A DNA stretch of 25,727 nucleotides from a virus (Duplodnaviria; Caudoviricetes): positions 1 through 25,727 of the IMG/VR virus record IMGVR_UViG_3300020362_000088; one strand, written 5' to 3'. Of the stretch, positions 18,156 through 24,203 are shown piece by piece. Position 1 is the first letter of the stretch. Each line of letters opens with the position of its first letter. Under the pieces are notes generated by a model. The model made no database searches. It was not told the DNA's origin and saw only the letters and a program-made list of their open reading frames with translations. The translations under genes were made by a program, and so were the position numbers.

Positions 18156-18858
18156 CAGCTTTAGCCAGTAATACTGCGTCAATTATTTCTTCTGCTTTAT
18201 CAGAAAATATAAGTTTAGCTGCAGTTTCCTCATCAAAGCTTTTATCTTTTAGCATGAAAAACTCTTTCCATGCACGTATAGATACACGTTGTTCTGGGTC
18301 ATCAACTAATGTAGTGTCATTAATAACACCATGCCATTCTTTAGGGAATACTTCCAAAGCTTTTGGATGTATTGTATCCATGTGAATTTTAACTGGGAAC
18401 CTATCTTTAAGTGCTAAAGGTAAACTCTCAGGTGGGCTGTTAGTTGTTGCGATAACCTGAAATCCTTCGGCAGGTCTGACAGTTTCACGTTTGTCATTGT
18501 TAATTGTTATACCTGCAATTTCTGGGTCATCTAAAATTGCATGCAGAAACGTCATTGCGTCTGGTGATGCGTGGTCTATCTCATTGATAACCAATCTACC
18601 ACCATGTCGCCATGATTGTATAGCGATACCGTCATGCCATTGAAAGCCACCATCTTTACTTGGTTTATAAAAGCCTTCTAAGTTAGCAGAAGCAGTATCT
18701 TCTGTCATTGTAATTTGAAACACATTTGGTTCGCCAAACGCATTCATAGGTTGGTCTTGTTTGACCGCACTATATGTTTTACCTGTACCAGGTGGACCAT
18801 ATAGTAATATTCTGTTTGATACACTAATTACATCGTTAAGTAAATCCCAACAATTCAT
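18148..18858 (-). CDS. MoxR-family AAA+ ATPase (CbbQ/NirQ/CobS-like, 236 aa)
   Basis: Walker A GPPGTGKT, FQWHDG, Walker B LVINEID, VIATTN, LPLALKDRF, VSIR. Confidence 0.9.
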   Translation of the reverse strand: MNCWDLLNDVISVSNRILLYGPPGTGKTYSAVKQDQPMNAFGEPNVFQITMTEDTASANLEGFYKPSKDGGFQWHDGIAIQSWRHGGRLVINEIDHASPDAMTFLHAILDDPEIAGITINNDKRETVRPAEGFQVIATTNSPPESLPLALKDRFPVKIHMDTIHPKALEVFPKEWHGVINDTTLVDDPEQRVSIRAWKEFFMLKDKSFDEETAAKLIFSDKAEEIIDAVLLAKADD

Positions 18859-19328
18859 TATGCACCTTCCTTTCCTTCGTCTATATCTTTTAAGAACTCC
18901 TCTGCTTGAGTACCCAAGTGAGAAGCATGTTCCATTACGTCATTTAATACAATGTCATTGATACGTTTTGTCTTGTCGTACTCAACAACTTGTATAGCTG
19001 CAGCTGGATGCATTAGCCATGAAGCAAATATACCTTTGTCTATAGCTTGCTGCCTAAGATTTTCTAGTTCGTCCCTAGTAAATACTTGTTTACCAAGTAA
19101 TGAAGGATGAGAACCAACATAATCTGTCATCATCTCTGCTTTATTAACTAAGTCAATAGTTGTTGCCATAGTTACAGCTTGAACTACGTCTTTAGCTTTC
19201 AAAAGTACACGAACAGTTCTAGTGCTTCTATCTTCTGGTGAACCAGGCATATCTAAATATGTTAGTGTAACCAGATATTCGATATCATCTTGTTCGCCTA
19301 CTTCTAAATAGTCACCTTCTATAGGCAT
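18858..19328 (-). CDS. Hypothetical protein (156 aa)
   Basis: AGAAAGGAG RBS; TAATG-coupled to the AAA gene. Confidence 0.7.
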   Translation of the reverse strand: MPIEGDYLEVGEQDDIEYLVTLTYLDMPGSPEDRSTRTVRVLLKAKDVVQAVTMATTIDLVNKAEMMTDYVGSHPSLLGKQVFTRDELENLRQQAIDKGIFASWLMHPAAAIQVVEYDKTKRINDIVLNDVMEHASHLGTQAEEFLKDIDEGKEGA

Positions 19329-19349
19329 ATATCTCCTTTCTTTTTTATA

Positions 19350-19390
19350 GTATGTGTGCCTTTAGCTCATAAAGAGAAAGGCACGCATAC
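19350..19390. repeat. Conserved-loop hairpin, copy 2
   Basis: GTATGTGTGCCTTT-AG-CTC-ATAAA-GAG-AAAGGCACGCATAC (19/5/17). Confidence 0.85.
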
Positions 19391-19494
19391 ACTTACCAGT
19401 TATGTGAGTGATACTGGGCATGAATACAAACATAACTAGCTTTGTATCTATGAATTGTAGTTGTAGATATTTATTTATATTTTCTAAAACATTC

Positions 19495-19736
19495 ATAGAT
19501 AGCTTGTAACACACAAGGAAAGTTTGTTAGACTTTTTACACCTTAGCTAAGGGATTACAACCTTATGTGCTACAAGCTACCTATAACCAATATGAGGTTT
19601 GCAGGACCAAATCTTGTTATTCCCATTCGGGCAAGACTTTATAAGGTACTCATATCAACAATTATAGATAGCTTGTAACACACAAGTAGAGTGGGTAGGA
19701 ATTTGAGTTACTACCTATGTGCTACAAGCTACCTAC
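19495..19736 (-). ncRNA. Two-unit repeated stem-loop array (conserved 23-bp stem, variable inserts)
   Basis: ATAGATAGCTTGTAACACACAAG at 19495-19517 and 19664-19686; CYTATGTGCTACAAGCTACCTAY at 19562-19584 and 19714-19736; all mismatches are G-U on the - strand. Confidence 0.7.
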
Positions 19737-19794
19737 ATTATGGTCTATCGGTTGACAAAGGGGAGTCAACAATGTAAATAGCTCTGCGTTTCAA

Positions 19795-20013
19795 TTACAG
19801 GGTTTCTGCGATTGAACTGTACCTTGATACTACATATATAGCAGGTCTATGTGATACTAAATTATCAAACTTATTGTCTGAATATTCTATTATCTTATCA
19901 ATAGTTTTTAGTGCTTGTCTTAAATCTGTATCTGTATCAAAGTAAAAATCTACTGTCAAACAATTTTCATCTTGTTTACCAGTTTCATCTACGTATTGAT
20001 ATACTTCACTCAT
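19795..20013 (-). CDS. Hypothetical protein (about 72 aa, MSEVYQY...)
   Basis: AAGGAG RBS before ATG 20013/20016; longer track version overlaps upstream gene. Confidence 0.6.
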   Translation of the reverse strand: MSEVYQYVDETGKQDENCLTVDFYFDTDTDLRQALKTIDKIIEYSDNKFDNLVSHRPAIYVVSRYSSIAETL

Positions 20014-20245
20014 CATGCTCCTTACAATCACACTGCATATCAGGTGTAATAGGACTAGATAAAGATAGTAATGCAACTTCTATATTGTGTCTGTTACACC
20101 ATATCTGTATATGTTGCATATCTTCTGTTAATCCTGCTGATATGTCTTGCCATTCCATTGGACTATAATGTGGTGGTTTATTCTGTAAACATACACCACA
20201 ATGTCCGTACTGTACTATTAGATTTTCTGACCTTAACTCATGCAT
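20006..20245 (-). CDS. Cys/His-rich zinc-binding protein (79 aa)
   Basis: HCGVC...IQIWCNRH...CDC. Confidence 0.65.
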   Translation of the reverse strand: MHELRSENLIVQYGHCGVCLQNKPPHYSPMEWQDISAGLTEDMQHIQIWCNRHNIEVALLSLSSPITPDMQCDCKEHDE

Positions 20246-20819
20246 TTCTTACACTCGCACGCATGTTAGCATTTTCTTTTCTAATACCATTAAAGATTTC
20301 TTCAGCATTCTTTATGGGATAAGTAGTTGCAGTTTCTTCTTCTTCAAATTCAACTACAAATGTATTAGTTATAGTTAGATTATATTTTGTTGCTATGTCA
20401 TGCAGTAGCATATATGGTTGTCCCCATGCAGATTCAAACCAAAAATGTACAGTTCTTTTACCATCAGTTGTTGTATCTGATACTAATTGTGTTGACATGT
20501 CACCCCATTTAGTACCCCAGTAGTCATACTGCCAGTCAATTGGTTCGTATGTACCGTACTTTTCTATAAGTTCTGCTTTAGTCATGTCAAGCATTGGTCT
20601 AGTTGTACCATCTTCATCTTCATACCATGCGTCACATCTAACACCATCAATAGTTATTGAACCTTGATGTACATTATCTAATTCTTTTGGTATAGGATTA
20701 CATTGGGTAAAATCATAAATAATTTCTTGTTCATCATACTTTGTAATAGTATCCATAAACTTAGAAACATCAGCTAAGTTACCTGTAATTAACGCATTAT
20801 TTCTACATATATTAGGCAT
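20238..20819 (-). CDS. YubB ferredoxin-like domain / DUF1281-related protein (193 aa)
   Basis: MPNICRN, DF....P.P.EL, W....WGTKW and FESAW..P motifs. Confidence 0.8.
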   Translation of the reverse strand: MPNICRNNALITGNLADVSKFMDTITKYDEQEIIYDFTQCNPIPKELDNVHQGSITIDGVRCDAWYEDEDGTTRPMLDMTKAELIEKYGTYEPIDWQYDYWGTKWGDMSTQLVSDTTTDGKRTVHFWFESAWGQPYMLLHDIATKYNLTITNTFVVEFEEEETATTYPIKNAEEIFNGIRKENANMRASVRNA

Positions 20820-21088
20820 TACTCTTCCTCTCTTTTCTTATCTAATATCATCTCATTTATATCTTGCATAAATACTTTCATGCTATCTGATATACCTTCT
20901 TCAGTATTAATATACTCAGTAAAATCATTTCTAATTTCATCGTATGATAATATAGCTGCAATAGCTTTCATTTGAAACCTTGGGTTTCTTGAACCCATTT
21001 CTTCCATAACTAATAACTGCATATCAGCTAATGTATTTATACGCATAGATAATTGGTCTAATTTATCTAGCAATTCTTTATCAGTCAC
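20819..21088 (-). CDS. Hypothetical protein (89 aa)
   Basis: GAAAGGAAG RBS; GTGA overlap. Confidence 0.65.
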   Translation of the reverse strand: MTDKELLDKLDQLSMRINTLADMQLLVMEEMGSRNPRFQMKAIAAILSYDEIRNDFTEYINTEEGISDSMKVFMQDINEMILDKKREEE

Positions 21089-21291
21089 TGTTCTTCCTTT
21101 CTTGTATTACTTGATACAGCTTTATCTATTTGATATACAATAGCTTCATTAAGCATTGCACACCAACCTTTAACTCGTTCATCAAGACCTTCATAATTTG
21201 TGGCTGCATTTTTTGTATCAGCTAGTGTCCACTTGATAACAGTACGTAACTGTGTAGTAGTAAGATTATCTAGCTTGTCATCAATATCCAT
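21085..21291 (-). CDS. Hypothetical protein (68 aa)
   Basis: AGAAAGGGA RBS, downstream of hairpin copy 3. Confidence 0.65.
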   Translation of the reverse strand: MDIDDKLDNLTTTQLRTVIKWTLADTKNAATNYEGLDERVKGWCAMLNEAIVYQIDKAVSSNTRKEEQ

Positions 21292-21317
21292 ATATTCCCT
21301 TTCTTAATTAATAATAA

Positions 21318-21354
21318 GTTCTTTTCTATTTTCCATAAAGAAAAAGAAAAGAAC
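21318..21354. repeat. Conserved-loop hairpin, copy 3
   Basis: GTTCTTTTCTATTTTCC-ATAAA-GAAAAAGAAAAGAAC (17/5/15). Confidence 0.8.
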
Positions 21355-21366
21355 GCCACCTATGTA

Positions 21367-21477
21367 CTACAATACCGGTGAACACGTATAGCAAAGTTCG
21401 TCTTCTGCTAATGGATACTCAGTGTATTGTAGACATTGATAACATTGTGGATATGGTTGCCCTGTAGGACTACTCAT
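21367..21477 (-). CDS. CxxC..CxxC micropeptide (36 aa, MSSPTGQPYPQCYQC...CYTCSPVL)
   Basis: Hand-translated; ATGA overlap with upstream ORF. Confidence 0.55.
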   Translation of the reverse strand: MSSPTGQPYPQCYQCLQYTEYPLAEDELCYTCSPVL

Positions 21478-21590
21478 TTTAAATCATAATCCAATTCATA
21501 TGTCTGTTTAATTCTATCTTTAATTTTACGTTCATTTTTTTTCCAATACAAATATGTTGGATACATTGGATGTTCTTTATTGGTCTTCAT
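21474..21590 (-). CDS. Micropeptide (38 aa, MKTNKEHPMYPTYLYW...)
   Basis: Hand-translated; GGAG upstream; overlapping chain. Confidence 0.5.
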   Translation of the reverse strand: MKTNKEHPMYPTYLYWKKNERKIKDRIKQTYELDYDLK

Positions 21591-21729
21591 TACCTACTCC
21601 AGATATGTCCATCTTAAATTGTTTTGGTATAAGTTCTAAGTGTTGTTCTGCCATACGTATAGCTTCGTTCTCATCATAAGCTTTGTATGTACGTTCACCT
21701 ATAAAATATATTTTATATTCATTCATCAT
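21577..21729 (-). CDS. Small protein (50 aa, MMNEYKIYFIGERTYKAYDENEAIRMAE...)
   Basis: Hand-translated; xAxxExEAI pattern common in small phage early proteins. Confidence 0.55.
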   Translation of the reverse strand: MMNEYKIYFIGERTYKAYDENEAIRMAEQHLELIPKQFKMDISGVGNEDQ

Positions 21730-21859
21730 CTACCACTACTACCTTTCTTACTGTATTTTTACCTTCGCCAAAAGCTTTCATATGAAGCTGTGCTTCACGA
21801 TATGAATAACCTCTGCGTAAACATTCCCATAATTGTTGAATAATTTGTTCTTCAGTCAT
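21719..21859 (-). CDS. Small protein (46 aa, MTEEQIIQQLWECLRRGYS...)
   Basis: Hand-translated; AAGGAGG RBS; ATGA overlap. Confidence 0.6.
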   Translation of the reverse strand: MTEEQIIQQLWECLRRGYSYREAQLHMKAFGEGKNTVRKVVVVDDE

Positions 21860-21963
21860 TGTTCCTCCTTATATTCACAATTTACGCAACATACCAATAC
21901 TTCATCAACGATTTGAAAGTCAGTTGGATTTGTATTGCATACTATACATAAACTATTAGTCAT
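21856..21963 (-). CDS. CxxC..CxxC micropeptide (35 aa, MTNSLCIVC...CCVNCEYKEEQ)
   Basis: Hand-translated; GGAGG RBS; TAATG coupling. Confidence 0.6.
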   Translation of the reverse strand: MTNSLCIVCNTNPTDFQIVDEVLVCCVNCEYKEEQ

Positions 21964-22052
21964 TATTCTTCCTCCAATGTATTTAAGTAATTCCAATAGT
22001 CATCTATAGAACTACCTTGTTTTATAAATTCTTCTAATGTATATTTAGTCAT
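21963..22052 (-). CDS. Micropeptide (29 aa, MTKYTLEEFIKQGSSIDDYWNYLNTLEEE)
   Basis: Hand-translated; GAGG RBS; TAATG coupling at both ends. Confidence 0.6.
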   Translation of the reverse strand: MTKYTLEEFIKQGSSIDDYWNYLNTLEEE

Positions 22053-22411
22053 TATTCCTCATCCATTTGACTTTGGTGATTTAAAATTCTATTCCATTCA
22101 TCTTGTGTTACACCGGTCAATGCAACTTTTAGTCCTTTAAATAAGTCTAGCAATTCTGGAAAATAAATATCAGTTATTTTTTCATTACCTTTAGCTTCAG
22201 TCCAAAAGTTTACACTGAATGTATCAAGCCATGTATGTATAATAGTTACTTCCATGTCGTCACCTGTATAATTTTTAAACGCAAGTTTTAATCCACCACG
22301 TTCATTGTCTTCGCCTTCGGTTAGTTCTTTAACCTTTACATTTGTAAAGTCAAAGTTTACTTCCTCTGCATAAGCTTTGATAGCGTCTGCACTGTCTGTA
22401 TATTGTCGCAT
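22052..22411 (-). CDS. Hypothetical acidic protein (119 aa)
   Basis: AGAAGGGA RBS. Confidence 0.7.
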   Translation of the reverse strand: MRQYTDSADAIKAYAEEVNFDFTNVKVKELTEGEDNERGGLKLAFKNYTGDDMEVTIIHTWLDTFSVNFWTEAKGNEKITDIYFPELLDLFKGLKVALTGVTQDEWNRILNHQSQMDEE

Positions 22412-22439
22412 ATAGTTTCCCTTCTTATATAATTAATCT

Positions 22440-22543
22440 GTCTAGCCAACATAATTTGTTTTACTTTATTCCGTGCGGAAGCTAGACTATTGGTATATAT
22501 ACCTAGCAGTCCATAGTAATCTATAGACTGCAAGCTATACACC
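22440..22543 (-). ncRNA. Tandem intergenic stem-loops, one related to the 19.5 kb stems
   Basis: GTCTAGC/GCTAGAC (22440-22487) and a long hairpin at 22492-22543 with G-U pairs and UAGCUUGCAG on the - strand. Confidence 0.5.
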
Positions 22544-22550
22544 GATTGTG

Positions 22551-22811
22551 TTATACAGATACAGTATCATCTACCGGTGCAGTAGTTGATACAGTTCCTT
22601 TCGTATCTGTAGTATTGTTCTCTGCATTAGTTTCTTTCTTTACATAGTCTGCAGATTTTCTATGTAATTCTCTTACGCAATTAATGTGTAAATAAAATGG
22701 TATCTTTTCCAAGTTGCCATCTATTGGGACTGTTGCCCACGTTCTATCACGCCATGCTTCTATTGATGTGTGACATACACCGCAGTCAACCGGTTTATAT
22801 TCTGTAGTCAT
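22551..22811 (-). CDS. CxxC...HxxC zinc-finger protein (86 aa)
   Basis: CGVC...IPFYLHINC; GGAAGGA RBS. Confidence 0.7.
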   Translation of the reverse strand: MTTEYKPVDCGVCHTSIEAWRDRTWATVPIDGNLEKIPFYLHINCVRELHRKSADYVKKETNAENNTTDTKGTVSTTAPVDDTVSV

Positions 22812-22834
22812 ATATATTCCTTCCTAAATATAAA

Positions 22835-22871
22835 GTTTTTTTATATTTTTCATAAAGAAAAATAAAAAAAC
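22835..22871. repeat. Conserved-loop hairpin, copy 4
   Basis: GTTTTTTTATATTTTTC-ATAAA-GAAAAATAAAAAAAC (17/5/15). Confidence 0.85.
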
Positions 22872-22888
22872 ACATTAATCTAATGCCT

Positions 22889-23107
22889 TCACTTTTGTGA
22901 AGACACTAGATTATTTGGATGAGTTGGGCTAGTTTTACTAGCTTCCCATATCGCTTGCTTTGATACGTGAGTAGGTGCGTCACGCCATGCATTTGTTTTC
23001 TTATCAAATACCGGCAACCATGCTACTTCACTATATCTTGTCATAGTGATACCTGATATTGCACATATCCTTGGTTCGGGCATGATGTTTTTATCTTTAG
23101 TTGTCAT
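22889..23107 (-). CDS. Hypothetical protein (72 aa), possibly degenerate zinc finger
   Basis: AGAAAGGA RBS; ICAISG...PTHVS. Confidence 0.65.
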   Translation of the reverse strand: MTTKDKNIMPEPRICAISGITMTRYSEVAWLPVFDKKTNAWRDAPTHVSKQAIWEASKTSPTHPNNLVSSQK

Positions 23108-23127
23108 ATATTTCCTTTCTTTACTAA

Positions 23128-23165
23128 ATGATATTGTGCCGACATATCATGCCGACACATATCAT
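23128..23165 (-). repeat. 17-bp intergenic hairpin
   Basis: AUGAUAUGUGUCGGCAU-GAU-AUGUCGGCACAAUAUCAU pairs on the - strand with two G-U pairs and one bulge. Confidence 0.65.
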
Positions 23166-23178
23166 ATTGTGCGTAACT

Positions 23179-23391
23179 TTAAAATGGGTTTTCATCAAAC
23201 GCTTCTATGTCTACCTTAGTTATATTTAGTGCTTGAGTATCCCTGTCCACTACTTTTTGTATTTGATTATCGTAGTGGTCTTGAACACCTTGTTCCAAGG
23301 CACGTTCTATAACAGACATAGTTTCGCCTGATAGGTATTTACCAATAGTTTCCAATGCTTTGTTCACTTCTTGAACGTCAATATATTGCAT
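23179..23391 (-). CDS. Hypothetical protein (70 aa, MQYIDVQ...FDENPF)
   Basis: AGAAAGGA RBS before ATG 23391; track start overlaps upstream gene. Confidence 0.65.
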   Translation of the reverse strand: MQYIDVQEVNKALETIGKYLSGETMSVIERALEQGVQDHYDNQIQKVVDRDTQALNITKVDIEAFDENPF

Positions 23392-23402
23392 ATCATTCCT
23401 TT

Positions 23403-23630
23403 CTAGAATAATGTTTCTTGTTTGTTTTGTTTCTTTTGATATGTCCAAGATAACTTGTGAAAATGCCATACATTTTCGCCTAAGTTATCTATTTTAGTTC
23501 CACATTCTCTGTGTAAGTATGCGGGTATGGACACACCTTTGCTTCTCAAATAGATTGGATATCTGTCATCACTCATTACTTCGTTCTGACAGTATCCACA
23601 GTGTACGATATTTACGCCATTATTGGTCAT
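23403..23630 (-). CDS. CxxC...HxxC zinc-finger protein (75 aa)
   Basis: CGYC...IPAYLHREC; AAGGAAG RBS. Confidence 0.65.
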   Translation of the reverse strand: MTNNGVNIVHCGYCQNEVMSDDRYPIYLRSKGVSIPAYLHRECGTKIDNLGENVWHFHKLSWTYQKKQNKQETLF

Positions 23631-23663
23631 AACAATACTTCCTTATGCAGAAGAAAGGTAGCA

Positions 23664-23855
23664 CTATTGTGCTACACTTTCTTTCTCTGCATTGTATTTA
23701 TCCCAATAACAGTTTCTATGGATAGCCAAAGCGTATGCCTTCGGCATACCTTTGTCATCTTTCTTGTATGTTTTGTTAGCAGTGTCCCATGACAAGTCAT
23801 GTATTCTACTGCCCTTGCTTGTGAATGCTTCACCGCACAATAAACAATTAATCAT
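23664..23855 (-). CDS. CxxC...HxxC zinc-finger protein (63 aa), first gene of early arm
   Basis: CLLC...LAIHRNC; AGAAAGGA upstream. Confidence 0.65.
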   Translation of the reverse strand: MINCLLCGEAFTSKGSRIHDLSWDTANKTYKKDDKGMPKAYALAIHRNCYWDKYNAEKESVAQ

Positions 23856-23874
23856 ATCTCTTACTGTCCTTTCT

Positions 23875-23911
23875 GTTCTTTAGAGAAATTCATAAAGAAT
23901 TTCTAAAGAAC
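23875..23911. repeat. Conserved-loop hairpin, copy 5 (stem extends 23858-23929)
   Basis: GTTCTTTAGAGAAATTC-ATAAA-GAATTTCTAAAGAAC (17/5/15). Confidence 0.85.
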
Positions 23912-24034
23912 TATAGAAAGGCGTAAGAGTATGATAATTTATTGTCGGAAGCATTAAAGCAAGCAGTAGATACAACTTGTCGGACACCTAACAAACATAC
24001 TAAAGATGATAAGCTATCCGGATTAACATAGGTA

Positions 24035-24203
24035 AGTTAAATGCAGATATCAATGAATTAAAGTATACAGTAGGGTATTGCATTTAACTACAGAATGCCT
24101 GCATTCTGAGTCAAACTACAGAACTAGAAAGCATAATACTGCATACAGAATAAAATTCTGTATAGGTATGCAGTAATTATGCTTACTTCTGTATAGTTTG
24201 ACT
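24035..24203. repeat. Cluster of long inverted repeats and TACAGAA heptamers; candidate origin/packaging region
   Basis: AGTTAAATGCA/TGCATTTAACT, CAGAATGC-CT-GCATTCTG, and a 95-nt imperfect hairpin AGTCAAACTA...TAGTTTGACT. Confidence 0.7.

Noticed and set aside
18148-18858. Calling the AAA/VWA pair cobalamin cobS/cobT auxiliary metabolic genes
   Set aside because: Family resemblance only; no cobN or other cobalamin genes, and phage MoxR-VWA pairs are generic.
19362-19496. 44-codon - strand ORF MNVLENINK...
   Set aside because: No SD or matching promoter, and it runs through several hairpins; unsupported though not excluded.
19687-19713. tRNA T-arm-like text (UCAAAUUCCUACC) in insert 2
   Set aside because: No acceptor, D or anticodon arms; similarity too short.
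19495-19736. CRISPR or TIGR array interpretation of the repeats
   Set aside because: Only two units, two alternating repeats that are inverses of each other, unequal inserts (44, 79, 27 nt), and no recognisable Cas or Nop-domain gene.
19752-19780. TTGACA -35 element on + strand
   Set aside because: No good -10 at proper spacing; explained as a hairpin arm.
22357-22542. 61-aa - strand ORF in the track
   Set aside because: No RBS, overlaps the 119-aa gene and coincides with stem-loops.
12901-23792. + strand ORFs within the early arm (12901, 13347, 14989, 16143, 17564, 18761, 19911, 20071, 21640, 23601)
   Set aside because: Antisense shadows of tightly coupled - strand genes.
14985-23911. ATAAA hairpins as integron attC sites or simple rho-independent terminators
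   Set aside because: End order is GT(T)...(A)AC rather than attC's AAC...GTT and there is no integrase; stems are AT-rich, lack a consistent U-tail on the mRNA strand, and terminators do not need an invariant loop and bulge.
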